Shown here piece after piece: positions 46,045 through 59,035 of a stretch of 64,000 nucleotides of DNA (the first letter of the stretch is position 1; the number at the start of each line of letters is the position of its first letter). Source of the stretch: Macrostomum lignano. Lineage: Eukaryota. The stretch covers positions 124,001-188,000 of the forward strand of contig NIVC01000027.1 in assembly GCA_002269645.1 (NCBI GenBank), written 5' to 3'. Both the position numbers and the translations under genes were made by a program. The notes beneath the pieces were generated by a model. That model saw only the letters and a list, made by a program, of their open reading frames with translations. It did no database searches and had not been told where the DNA came from.

Positions 46045-49000
46045 CAAGGACTACTTAAGTATCGTTTATAGAAGGACGCTGCACTCGCGGTTCGTGTAAT
46101 TTTTTTTGAAGGCCAATTTTCGCCGAAAAATACATTAACGAGATACAAAAAATTCACGATTTTCATCTTCAATGGCTTGCTCAGACTGACTACAACCCTG
46201 CTGAAAAGAAAAAACTGCTGAAACTTATCAAAAAGACCTAGTGTATTCGCTCCTCTATTGTATTTCGCCAAGTTAGTGTCCTTGACACGTTTACTTTTAA
46301 ATACTTCGTATTTTTTCGAGGGTTTTCAATTCTGTAATGTTAAATGTTAAAGGTTGGATTAAAGTGTTAGTTTCTCTCAATAATCAGTAGTTTCTTTAGC
46401 ATTCTATGATGACTGCTTTCTATGTCTTTATTTTTTTGGTAAATTTAAATTAGCTATAGACATTCTATATTAAATGTTAGTCTATACCCTGGCTATGCCT
46501 GATATATAATAATATCTAGGGCCTACTATGCTTTTTTAGCATGTTCTACAAAAATGTTGTGTAGAAAGGACCTACTGATTAGTTTATGAGTAGATCGTTA
46601 TAAAGTATTATTCTTAATTTGAAGGTAGATAGATATTAGATACTTGCATATTGTATAGAAGGTACTAATTTTACTATTCTGTCAAATATCTGTAGATTAG
46701 GCTTCTTAAACGGTTCTACTGGATACAAAAGTTCTATTTTCAGACTTGTCTTGAAACTTTATATTTTATTTAAATGATAGGCCTAACAACATATTGAATT
46801 TATTTCTGCTGTTTGGAGAGCAGTTTTTTAACCTAGTCTAGTTTAATGGAACCAAGATATATTCAATACTCAGGCCTTGCATTGAATTTAAAATATAAAT
46901 ATTTATATATAGAAAGTGATTCTAAAGGAAAATGCGTATAATAGACTTTAGAAGACAAATTTTCAACTTTAGTAATACTATTGAAGTGATTTAGTATAGA
47001 ATTGATTATATTGGCCTGTTGGGATAAAAGCAATACAGTATTGTAGCAATTTTTTTACTAGATATAATGTATAGAAGCTGTATATATTTCTTTTTGTTAG
47101 CTTCAGAATTTCTGCAATGCCAATGAAATGCTGTCTTCCAAAGTGTACAAGTAACTACAAATCTGGTGAGAAGGTGACAGTGTATAGCTTTCCAAAGGAT
47201 AAAGAAGACTACAGCATGTGGATCCGAGCTTTGCCACCAAATGTTAAGGTATGGTGCTATTGCTGCTATTGCATATTCTTGTCTTGCTTAATTCACATGC
47301 TAATGGAACATTAGTACAATATGATATAATACTTACTGTTTTAGAGTCCATCTAAATACATGGGCATTTGCCAAAAACATTGGCCAACAAATGCACCAAT
47401 GTTAAAGGTCAAGCGATTCATGCGCCCTATGGACCCACCAAGTGTATTCCCAAATCTTCCAACAGGCTCTCTTCGCCTGACTGAGCCAAGTAAGTATATC
47501 TCATAGCAAGGTTAAATATTACAGTTTGTACCAAATGATAGGCTTTCTATAATATTTTACTTAATTAAGTTTTTGTCTGATTTCATACCTTACATATTAT
47601 TATTCTTACTTCAGAGCACTCTAGAGATGTTCAACGCCGCGGTATTCTGTTAAACCAGCGGGCTCAAATTGCTGATGAAATGGACTCATTCAATGAGACT
47701 GATCGGATTCACTCATGGAGTTCCTTTGTTGAGAAATCTGCCACCCTTGACTTCGTTGCAAATGAGTGGATAGTGCAGCGTGACGAATCATGTGTGCGAT
47801 TTGTCCTTCTTTGGGAACTAAGAGTTGAATGCTCAATTTCAGTCATGTCCGACTTTTCTGTTATTGCAAATCGTCATAACACCCCAGTGTCAGTGTCTGA
47901 GCTGCTGGGTTTTCAACATCGACTTGAGCGCTACAGCCAATTGGAAGCAGTACAAAATAAAGTTCGACAAGCTGAAGTAAATCCAATCAAGGAATTCAAT
48001 GCATATTTGGACGCACTACAGCCACTTTGTCAGGAGCTGCAGAACCCGCGCCATTCATTCCTTGTTCGACAGCTGCAACTGAGTGTTGTTCAGCATCATG
48101 GCGTACGGTATGCTGCAAATGATATAATGACAGCTGCCAGAATGTACTTCACCAGTCGTGCTGGCTATCGTGCAATGAGAGAGTTCGCCTGTCTACCACA
48201 TCCAGACACTCTCAAACGTCATCTGGGTGGACTTGGCAGCATTGGAACCGACACCGACTGTCAGCAAATTGTCAAGTCGAATTTCGAACACAACACACCG
48301 TCTCAGTGCCTGTGCTCAATCATCTTTGATGAAGTGTATGTGCAACCTTCACTTCGTCTCAAAGGTGTCCATGTAGTTGGCTTTGCTGAGGATGTTCCAC
48401 AGAAGCTTGCTCGGACTATTCTCGCCATTATGGTAAAACCATTTATGGGCGCACCTGCGTTTGTTGCCAGACTTGTGCCAATCTATAGTTTACAGCCTGC
48501 TTTTTTACACAGACAGGTTGTACGACTTATTGAAATTGTCCACGGCTGTGGTGGTACAGTTGTGAGCTTGATTTGCGATAATCACTTCACTAACCAGAAC
48601 TGTTTCAAACTGTTTCATTGCGACACAAACACACCATGGCTTGCCGAAAACCCTGCAGACGCAGAGAAACCATTGTTTCTGTTGTTTGACACAGTGCATT
48701 TGTTTAAGAATATAAGAAATAATTGGTTCACTCAAGCGCACAAGGAGATCGATTTTCACCCATCAGCAGATAAGCAGGAACGTGTTTGCCGAGCACGCTG
48801 GAATGATATTGTTGAAATCGAGGAGCGATCCCGTGGACAAGTAGTTCGCCCGACTTCAGTCAACTCTGTCGCGTGCAATCCGTCTCCACTGGAGCGACAA
48901 AAGGTGTCACTAGTTGTCGACATCTTCAACGAGAAGACGGTTGCCGCACTTCGTGTTAACGGTCGCCATGACTCAGCCGACTTTGTGGACCATGTGGTCA

Positions 49001-51060
49001 CCTTTTGGAAAATAGTTAATGTTAAATCACCAGAATCACACGTTGCCTTGAATGACAAACTTAGGGCTCCAATTACGTCGGAAGAATCTAGCAGCTTGAC
49101 ACATTTACTTAATTTCTCCGCACTGGTGGAGCGCATGCCGGGTGGACGAGGTGCGGGACGCGGTCGGTCGCTCACCACAGAGACGCGCAACGCTTTAATC
49201 CAGACAACAAGAGGTCTGGTGGGCCTCAGCAGACACCTTCTAACCAACCATCGATTTTCTTACGTTCTTCTTGGTGAGTTCTTTGCATTATTTACATGCA
49301 GCAATCAGTTTTTGAATAATTGTTGCTAGGGAATGAATTTAATGAATTGTGGGGATGCAGGTCACGGCTATCTAATGGGTCACGAAATTGTCTTTAAGGT
49401 GTACTGCAATCAGACAGATTGGAGGCCGAGTTCGCTCTCTACCGCCAGGGCCACGGCGGGTGTTACTACATAACAGTCGAGCAAGTTATGGCCAGTGCTC
49501 GGCTGCACCGAATGAAATTGTACGGAGCGCTTCAGAACAGCTTTGAGGCTCATGAGCCGGCGACATGCTGTTCCGATGGGATGAAGGACTCTGATCTAGA
49601 GGTGTTTGATCAGCTTCAAGACAAGATCAGCCACAATACAGATGAGGAGAATGCTTCTTTGTACTATATTTCCGGTTACGTTGCTGCTAAAGAGCATCTT
49701 CCAGAAGTTTTTGAAGCATTTGCAACTGAGTTTCCTGGCGGTAGCGAATTTACATCGCTGCTATCTCGTGGCAAGCTCCGGCACCCGCCAGAGTGGCTTT
49801 TAGTTTTCTCCAGCCTGTGCTATGCTTTTTTCTCCTCTGTCAAGATCCACTGCGTCAACTATTGTGTCCGATCTTTTATTAACGTTTTTGAAGCTTTCAT
49901 GGATGTAACTGTTTCAGATCCAGCTCAGGTTAGCCGCATTTCCAGGAGGTTAGCTAACACATTTTTTAAAGGACTCGTGCGTCGTGATTCGGACCATGTA
50001 CGAGAGACGCCCGGCAGTGGACGGCGTCTGCGAAAGTTAGCATCAAGTTAGTTATGAGCTGTTTGTACGCTTTTTGAGAAATCCGTGACATTCTATCAAC
50101 ACACCGAGTTCGTATAAAACTTGAACACCCATTGTACACTTAGACACCTCTAATTTAAACAAACGAAGTGGACACTGGAAAATATCGAAATATCCAACCA
50201 AAAATGCAATAAGCCAAAATCGGAGGCAACATAGCTCGTAGAATTGAAGCGAACATTGTTAATTGATTGAGCATGTAATTTGACCCATAGTCCATGGTTG
50301 TCCATGTTTTATACAGACCCAATTCACATTCACGTCATTGAATATGCTTATGCTTTCATAAGTTGGTTTATGCATCTGTTGCTGCTTTCATACGTTGGTT
50401 TAAACATTTGTTGCTGCTTTCATAAGTTGGTTTCTGCATTTTACTGCTGTTGCCTACCCAATAGTTGCCACAGTTTCTATACACTATACACTATACACAG
50501 TCTTATATTTGCAGCCTTACATACATATTTGCCTTACTGTAGCTATCAATTGAGATTAAAGTACAATGAGCTGCTGTGCAACAAGCAACCAGTTCAGTTC
50601 AACATTTTTTGTTTCCAGTCCAACAACGATACATCGATTGTTATCAGCACTGGCATTGTGCCAGTTTCTCTGCTTTTGCTCTTTGTTATTTTATTGTTGA
50701 AAAGATCAGGGATGGCTTTTGAAAAGTACAGACTGACGGGCTTCGTTCTTTGTTAATCTCATCTCATTTTAATTGGATTACATTAGCTCAATTGTCGGAA
50801 TTATCCTTTAAATATCCTAGCTTTATTGTTCTATAATAAAGAAGGGGGTAACAGTACCTTGCTGTACATTTCTCGCGAATACATGTAGTTGCAGCCGAAA
50901 CTGTTCACTCATCTAAAAGAGGAATAAATTCTGAGCAACCCCGTGAAAAAACTAGACCTCTACATGCAACCATTTAAAAATAACAGCATTTTGAAAAATG
51001 GCCTTCAAAAAAATCTACACCATTCGGGAGTGCAGCGTCCTTCTACTTAAGTAGTCCTTG
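46045..51060 (+). mobile_element. Autonomous P-superfamily (THAP-domain) DNA transposon, 5,016 bp
   Basis: Terminal inverted repeats CAAGGACTACTTAAGTA at 46045 and 51060, extending imperfectly to ~70 bp (GAAGGACGCTGCACTC, TTTTTTTGAAGGCCA). 8-bp TSD GCCTTAAC at 46037-46044 and 51061-51068. The paralogous locus near 57127 has a single GCCTTAAC. Confidence 0.95.
47117..50051 (+). CDS. P-element/THAP9-like transposase, 4 exons, ~862 aa, apparently intact
   Basis: Exons 47117-47248, 47345-47489, 47615-49273 and 49399-50051 with consistent phases. THAP domain (CCLPKC..FP..W..C..HW). Motifs IFDEV, ICDN, FDTVHLFKNIRNNW, RQKV, QSDRLE and C-terminal YYISGYVA. Confidence 0.93.
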
Positions 51061-52139
51061 GCCTTAACATATCAACTCCCCCCTTGACATCTCAGCGATG
51101 CTCCCATAAGCCTTGAAATCTTAAAAAATCTGTCTACTTTCTAACCCTAACCCTAACCCTAACCCTAACCCTAAAGCATTGAAATTTCAGTAATTCTCTC
51201 TAAGAGTCATTATAGCACTACTACAGCATTATAGCGATTCCCTGCAAGCCTCGACATCGTAGGGATTCCCAAATGAATCTCTTAACTTCGACATGAAGCT
51301 TCTTTTTTTTACATTACGCTTTTTCTATCAGCGATCCCTCCCGTGAGGAGCCAACAAATAATGTAATAACTTTTTTCCAATAAACTACATGTAGCTTCTG
51401 ACATTAGCCTTGACATCTCATTTATTCCCCCGTGAGCCTTGACATCTCAGCTATAGATAGATAGATAGATAGATTCCCCTCGTAAGCCTTGACATGTCAG
51501 CGATGCCCCCCATAAACCTTGAAATCTAAAAAATCCCCTGTTAACCTTGAAACGCGCTAAAATCTAACCCTCAACCCAAACCTGACGTAAACCTAACTTT
51601 CACCCAACCTAAAGCCTTGAAATCACAGCAATTCTTCTTCCCTAAGCCTTGGCATTTAAGTGATTCCTTCTTTAAGAATCACAGCACTATAACGATTCCC
51701 TCCAAGCTTTGACATCGTAGCAATTCCCAAATGAATCTTTTAACTTTGACATGACTTTTATTTTATGTATACATAGTGCTCCTTTTATTTTTACATGACT
51801 CTTCTTCTATCAGCGCCCCCCCCCACCGTGGCAAGCCAACAAAGAATGCAATAAAAAACTTAAGTAAAGTACATGTACTTTGAAGTAGCTTCTGACTTTT
51901 GCTTTAACATCTCAGAAACCCCCCTGTAATCTCAGTTATTCTCTGTGAGCCTTGACGTCTCAGTAATTCTCCCCAGCACAGCACTGTACTATAGCTTCAT
52001 TTAATTTTTATTTGACATTTCTTTCATGTCTGACATGACGCTTCTTTTGATTTTTACGTTACGCTTCTTTTATTCTTCCATGATGCTTCTTAATTTTTTA
52101 AATGACACACTTTCATTAGTTTTTATATGAGGCTTCTAT

Positions 52140-52340
52140 GATTTTTTCATGACGCTTCTATGTTAACATGACGCTTCTATGCTTGTTTACATGACGCTTT
52201 TATGATTGTTTACATGACGCTTCTATGATTGTTTACATGACGCTTGTATGATTGTTTACATGACGCTTCTATGATTTTTTACATGACGCTTCTATGATTT
52301 TTACATGACGCTTCTATGATTTTTACATGACGCTTCCATA
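52140..52340. repeat. 22/23-bp array ACATGACGCTTCTATGATTTTT in E1 (~9 units)
   Basis: Direct reading. Confidence 0.92.
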
Positions 52341-52396
52341 ATTTTTTTTTCTCTTGGCGTTAAAAAGCTTTAATTAAAAAAACTCTACTCTCTAAA

Positions 52397-52456
52397 AATT
52401 CGAACCATCGTCCCTGCATTTAGCAGTTTAGTCTGTTTACCTCTAGGCTAGCTCTC
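52397..52456 (-). other. tRNA-like Pol III head (A box TAGCCTAGAGGTAA, B box GGTTCGAAT) within E1; sister copy at 59091-59150
   Basis: A/B box-like motifs at tRNA-like spacing, no complete cloverleaf. Confidence 0.5.
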
Positions 52457-52769
52457 ATGAATTTTAGTCATTATCCCTAAATAGAAAATATTCCCAAGAC
52501 AGCAAGCATCCCCCCAGTAGCAAGCATCCCCTAATACTCCTAGCAAGCATCCACCCAGATAGCAAGCATCTGCAGATAGCAAGCATCTGCAGATAGCAAG
52601 CATCTTGCAGATAGCAAGCATCTTGCAGATAGCAAGCATACCCCAAATAATGTAGAAGCATCCTTCCAGATAGCAAGCATCCTGCACATAGCAAGAATCC
52701 CTAAATAGCAAGCATCCCTGGATAGAAATAATCCTATACATGTAGCCAAGCTTATCAAGCGCAGTAATC

Positions 52770-53490
52770 CTTGGCTATCGAGTGCAGTAATTCTTGGTTT
52801 GCCAAGTGCAGTAAGTAATCCTTGGTTTATTAATAGCAATAATCCATGGCTTATGAGTGCAGTAATCCTTGGTTTATTAATAGCAATAATCCTTGGCTTA
52901 TCGAGTGCAGTAATCCTTGGTTTATTAATAGCAATAATCCTTGGCTTATCGAGTGCAGTAATCCTTGGTTTATTAATAGCAATAATCCATGCCTTATCGA
53001 GTGCAGTAATCCTTGGTTTATTAATAGCAATAATCCTTGGCTTATCGAGTGCAGTAATCCTTGGTTTATTAATAGCAATAATCCATGGCTTATCGAGTGC
53101 AGTAATTCATGGTTTATTAATAGCAATAATCCTTGGTTTATCGAGTGCAGTAATCCTTGGTTTATTAATAGCAATAATCCTTGGCTTATCGAGTGCAGTA
53201 ATCCTTGGTTTATTATAGCAATAATCCTTGGCTTATCGAGTGCAGTAATCCTTGGTTTATTAATAGCAATAATCCATGGCTTATCGAGTGCAGTAATTCA
53301 TGGTTTATTAATAGCAATAATCCTTGGCTTATCGAGTGCAGTAATCCTTGGTTTATTAATAGCAATAATCCTTGGCTTATCGAGTGCAGTAATCCTTGGT
53401 TTATTAATAGCAATAATCCTTGGCTTATCGAGTGCAGTATTCCTTGGTTTGCCAAGAGCAATAATCCTTAGCTTATCGAGTGCAGTAATC
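52770..53490. repeat. 48-bp (2x24 dimeric) array TCGAGTGCAGTAATCCTTGGTTTATTAATAGCAATAATCCTTGGCTTA in E1 (~15 units)
   Basis: Direct reading. Confidence 0.95.
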
Positions 53491-53551
53491 TAAGTGTTTT
53501 TATTTAGTCCTTTAATAAAAGCTTTTAATAAAAAATTTTACACTACTACTT

Positions 53552-53611
53552 AGATTCGAACCCAGGTCGCTGCATTAGCAGTCTGGTCTGTTCTGCTCTA
53601 GGCTAGCTCTC
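53552..53611 (-). other. Second tRNA-like head (TAGCCTAGAGCAG..GGGTTCGAATC) within E1; sister copy at 61483-61542
   Basis: Homologous to the head at 52397-52456 (AGAGCTAGCCTAGAG..ACTGCTAA.TGCAG.GAC..GGTTCGAAT). Confidence 0.5.
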
Positions 53612-54519
53612 ATCGAAGTTATCAGTGAATTTGTACCACTTATATAATTCAACACTCACTCCAAGTCAGGTAGAGTAAAAAGTCACGCGAAGCAGTTATG
53701 ACATAATCAATTTCTTAGGCAAGTCAGTACCAGTGTCTATGAAAGCTAACAATATGGTTACGTAATATAAATTCAGTACTGCACTATGCTTTCACACTCA
53801 AAGCTGTGACGCAATTCAATTGAGTGCCAAATTCAGCCAGTACACAGACGATAAATAAAGTGTATTGTGATGCAATCTATTTCAGAATCAGAATTCAACC
53901 AGTCAGTTTTTTCTCTAGCATTTTTACAGTGCGTTTCAAGTCGAAATAGCTGCTTGACCTTTGCAAAAAAGCATGTTTTTCGAATATTTAATCCCTTTAG
54001 CATCGAGCAATTTCTTAGCCACGATGCATGTACCGTCACGGAAAAATTTCTGATCGAATGGTGCAAGTTTGAAGAAAATCGGCTGAGCCATTTTTGCTAA
54101 AATCGATCACACACACATATACCGACAGACCATTTTTAGTATATGGACTAGCCATTTAGCCCCCCTCCGGGTGGCTTCTTAGCAGTTTAGCGCTTGTCTA
54201 TAAGCAGTTTTGCACAGTCGCTGAGCAAATCACACTAATCTCCGAGCAGTTCTGCAGTAGCAAATCTCTAAGCAGTTGTACACCAATTTTACTGAGACTA
54301 AAAAGTTCGAAAAAGTTACATTTCTTCATGTTTGAAACTTTGCAATGTCAATTCATTTTTAGTTCTTTTATGATTATTCGTTATTTTCAAATCCTCATCA
54401 GATTACCACTATTCTCCCACATTAGCCCTACACCCCCAGATTAGCCCCACTTCCCCCAGATTAGCACTACTCCCCCCATATTAGCCGCACACACCAGATT
54501 AGCCCCACTTCCCCCAGAT

Positions 54520-54790
54520 TAGCACTCAGCCCAGATTAGCACTCAGCCCAGATTAGCACTCAGCCCAGATTAGCACTCAGCCCAGATTAGCACTCAGCCC
54601 AGATTAGCACTCAGCCCAGATTAGCACTCAGCCCAGATTAGCACTCAGCCCAGATTAGCACTCAGCCTAGATTAGCACTCAGCCCAGATTAGCACTCAGC
54701 CCAGATTAGCACTCAGCCCAGATTAGCACTCAGCCTAGATTAGCACTCAGCCTAGATTAGTACTCAGCCCAGATTAGCACTCAGCCTAGA
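54520..54790. repeat. 17-bp array CCAGATTAGCACTCAGC in E2
   Basis: Direct reading. Confidence 0.94.
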
Positions 54791-56033
54791 TTAGCACCGC
54801 TCCACAGATTACCGCCGCTTCCCAGATAGTTTCACCTTCCCAGATTAGCACCACTCCGCAAAAATTCGCACCGCTACTTCCTCCAGATTAGCACCACTCC
54901 GCAAAAATTCGCACCGCTACTTCCTCCAGATTAGCCCCCCCACTCCTTTATATTAGCCCCACTCCCTTAGATTAGCACCGCTCCCCAGATTAGCACCACT
55001 CCCAAACTGCTAAAAGGTGACTACTATTATCGCCTCAGAAGTTTAAAGTTAAACCCTCCCCAGAAATTGGCAGTTATCCCCACAACAACCTGAAATTATC
55101 CCTTCTAATTCCGCAAAACAGAAATGCAGTCATACAACTCATTTGCACTCTACAACTTTTATTATTATTATTCATTTATCCCTCAGGGACCCAGAATTGT
55201 CCCTTCTGCAAGCTACAATTATTCACAGTTAGATATCCTCCTCAGAAGTCTGCCATTATTATCCTAGCAGTCTGCAGCTATCCCCTCGGCAGTTTGCAGC
55301 TTATACGCTCATAAGTCTCGAGAAACTAACGTCAGCAGTTTGCAGTTTGTCCCCTTTGCAGTCTGCAATGATCCCTTCAACAATCTGCAGTTCCCCTCAG
55401 TAGTCTGCAGTCAATTCATTTGCAGTCAGCAAGTGTTTCCTTAATAATTCTCATTTATCCCCTCAGCAGTCTGCAGTTCTCTCAGCTGGCCCCTTAGTAT
55501 TCTCAGCAAACTGCAATGATCTTTTCAATGATTTAAAAATTTTCTCAGCATTTACGACGGCGCACTAATCAATTTTCGATACATATTGGCAGTCTTGCGC
55601 AACTCAGCATTTAGCAATACCTCAGCAGTTTAGCAGCATCGTCTACTGCAATGATCCTTTCAACAATGTAGAAATAAGCTCAGCATTTTATGGCTCACTA
55701 ATCGATTTTCGATACATATCGGCAATCTTTTGCACCACTCAGCATTTAGCAATACCTCAGCAGTTTAGCAGCATCGTCTGCAGTTTAGTAATTTAATCCC
55801 CTGCAGTTTAGTCCTATATACTAAAAATCTACTTCTATAGACCTAGATAATAACAATTAATGGGATCTTAGGATTTTACAAATCAAATCAAATTTGCTTA
55901 GTGGCTTGTGCGAGTAGCAAAAAAAAATGTAATTAATAAAAAAAATTTACAATTAATCAAAAATTTTCAAAATAGTCGAGGCAGAAGCTACTAATGAATG
56001 AATTTATTTAATTTTAATTATCCGCTGGGGAGG

Positions 56034-56104
56034 CGGACTCGAACCTTGGACCTTATGCCTAGCCTAAACCTAGTCCTAGTGCCTACGCTGCGGCTATTCC
56101 GCCT
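56034..56104 (-). other. Degenerate tRNA-like head within E2
   Basis: GGCGGAATAGCCGCAGCGTAGG...GGTTCGAGTCCGCC. A/B boxes present, T-stem broken. Confidence 0.4.
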
Positions 56105-56623
56105 ACTGATCGGAGGGCGCAAAAATCAGCCATATATGCTTCTGCACTGCAGTCAAATACATAGCAGTGATAGGCTGCTCAGTTCATTAAGCAGTTATGT
56201 GCAGGCAGAGCCAATGCACAATTGAGTGAAATCTATAAATAGCAATTGTCTATGCAGTCCGCCAGTCAGCCAGGGTCAGAAAGTACACACGCCGCCACTG
56301 AGCATTATTTTCCTCTCCCTTATTGCAGCTAGTATTGAGGCGTGCACAGTGAACAGAGAAAAGTTGTGGCGCAATCTTAATTGGAATTGAAATTCAGTTA
56401 GTGAGATTTTGACCTTTTCTAGCCTCCCATTGAAAGCATTAAAAAAACTCGTTTTTCGAATATTTAACCAACTTCTCATTCGAATTTTTCAATGCAATTA
56501 CACCCACACAATCTCACAAGAATTTGCAATTGAATGAAGCAAGTTTGAAAAAAATCGGTTCAGGCATTCAGGCTGTAGACTGAAATACCGGTCAGACAGA
56601 CCTTAGAGATTTAGTATATTGTG

Positions 56624-56874
56624 ACTAGCTAAAGTTTTGCCCCCCTTCGGGGAGCAGAAATAATTAATATTAGTCTAATATAATATACCTTTTAGCAGGA
56701 GTACTTTAAGTGTCTTTCTTAAGCTTAAGCTTAAAATAGGAATTTTTGGAGATCGTTAATAACGCATTTTAGGTAAAACAAAACTATCAACTTTTTACAG
56801 TTTTTTAGTTTAGAGCCCTGTATATGTCAACGTGTTTGATAAAAATTATTTTTATCATTTTTGATAAAAAATGG
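56624..56874 (+). mobile_element. 5' stub E3 of the same element family
   Basis: ACTAGCTAAAGTTTTGCCCCCCTTCGGGG immediately after the end of E2, interrupted by E4. Confidence 0.45.
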
Positions 56875-58209
56875 CCTTCGGGGTGGCCAATAAGCAAGGG
56901 ACGAATCCTTTTAAATGAAAAAAAATTCTTAGGGAGGGGGCTAGGAATCGAATTCTCATTTTAATTCCAGGCTTATGTACCAATAAAACATGTTTGTGCA
57001 GAATTTTATAACAGACATTGAAATTCAACCATACTTGCCTTCTTTCAGAGCTACTTCTACCAGTATGCTTCAGTACGCTACCAGTACCCTTGTAAGCCTT
57101 GACATGTCAGCAATCCCCCCCCACAAGCCTTAACATATCAACTCCCCCCTTGACATCTCAGCAATGCTCCCACAAGCCTTGAAATCTTAAAAAATCTGTC
57201 TATTTTCTAACCCTAACCCTAACCCTAACCCTAACCCTAAAGCATTGAAATTTCAGTAATTCTCTCTAAGAGTCTATAGCACTACTACAGCATTATAGCG
57301 ATTCCCTGCAAGCCTCGACATCGTAGGGATTCCCAAATGAATCTCTTAACTTTGACATGAAGCTTCTTTTTTTTTACATTACGCTTTTTCTATCAGCGAT
57401 CCCTCCCGTGAGGAGCCAACAAATAATGTAATAACTTTTTTCCAATAAACTACATGTAGCTTCTGACATTAGCCTTGACATCTCATTTATTCCCCCGTGA
57501 GCCTTGACATCTCAGCTATAGATAGATAGATAGATTCCCCTCGTAAGCCTTGACATGTCAGCGATGCCCCCCATAAACCTTGAAATCTAAAAAATCCCCT
57601 GTTAACCTTGAAACGCGCTAAAATCTAACCCTCAACCCAAACCTGACGTAAACCTAACTTTCACCCAACCTAAAGCCTTGAAATCACAGCAATTCTTCTT
57701 CCCTAAGCCTTGGCATTTAAGTGATTCCTTCTTTAAGAATCACAGCACTATAACGATTCCCTCCAAGCTTTGACATCGTAGCAATTCCCAAATGAATCTT
57801 TTAACTTTGACATGACTTTTATTTTATGTATACATAGTGCTCCTTTTATTTTTACATGACTCTTCTTCTATCAGCGCCCCCCCCCACCGTGGCAAGCCAA
57901 CAAAGAATGCAATAAAAAACTTAAGTAAAGTACATGTACTTTGAAGTAGCTTCTGACTTTTGCTTTAACATCTCAGAAACCCCCCTGTAATCTCAGTTAT
58001 TCTCTGTGAGCCTTGACGTCTCAGTAATTCTCCCCAGCACAGCACTGTACTATAGCTTCATTTAATTTTTATTTGACATTTCTTTCATGTCTGACATGAC
58101 GCTTCTTTTGATTTTTACGTTACGCTTCTTTTATTCTTCCATGATGCTTCTTAATTTTTTAAATGACACACTTTCATTAGTTTTTATATGAGGCTTCTAT
58201 AATTTTTTC

Positions 58210-59035
58210 ATGACGCTTCTATGCTTGTTTACATGACGCTTGTATGATTTTTACATGACGCTTCTATGATTGTTTACATGACGCTTGTATGATTGTTTAC
58301 ATGACGCTTCTATGATTTTTTACATGACGCTTCTATGATTTTTACATGACGCTTCTATGATTTTTACATGACGCTTCTATGATTTTTACATGACGCTTCT
58401 ATGATTTTTACATGACGCTTCTATGATTGTTTACATGACGCTTCTATGATTGTTTACATGACGCTTCTATGATTTTAACATGACGCTTCTATGATTTTTT
58501 TACATGACGCTTCTATGATTGTTTACATGACGCTTGTATGATTGTTTACATGACGCTTGTATGATTTTAACATGACGCTTCTATGATTGTTTACATTACG
58601 CTTCTATGATTGCTTGCATGACGCTTCTATGATTTTTTATGACGCTTTTATGATTTTAACATGACGCTTCTATGATTTTTTTACATGACGCTTCTATGAT
58701 TGTTTACATGACGCTTTTATGATTTTAACATGACGCTTCTATGATTGTTTACATTACGCTTCTATGATTTTTACATGACGCTTCTATGATTTTTACATGA
58801 CGCTTCTATGATTTTTACATGACGCTTGTATGATTGTTTACATGACGCTTTTATGATTTTAACATGACGCTTCTATGATTGTTTACATTACGCTTCTATG
58901 ATTTTTACATGACGCTTCTATGATTTTTACATGACGCTTCTATGATTTTTACATGACGCTTCTATGATTGTTTACATGACGCTTCTATGATTGTTTACAT
59001 GACGCTTGTATGATTGTTTACATGACGCTTCCATA
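58210..59035. repeat. 22/23-bp array in E4 (~36 units)
   Basis: Direct reading. Confidence 0.95.

Larger units (their letters stand above)
45763..54146 (+). mobile_element. Helentron/DINE-1-like non-autonomous element E1 (~3.36 kb plus the inserted P element)
   Basis: 5' ACTAGC..GCCCCCCTTCGGGG hairpin. 3' GCAAGTTTGAAGAAAATCGG..short microsatellite..TTTAGTATAT. Internal 22-bp and 48-bp tandem arrays. Near-identical to E4. Confidence 0.65.
54147..56623 (+). mobile_element. Helentron/DINE-1-like element E2 (different internal content)
   Basis: Starts ACTAGCCATTTAGCCCCCCTCCGGG and ends GCAAGTTTGAAAAAAATCGG..CAGACAGAC..TTTAGTATAT. Shares GTTTTTCGAATATTTAA with E1/E4. Has its own 17-bp array. Confidence 0.6.

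Noticed and set aside
52397-56104. Functional tRNA genes
   Set aside because: Only A/B boxes are present. Acceptor, anticodon or T stems are broken and the copies are embedded in repeated elements, so they are kept as tRNA-like heads.
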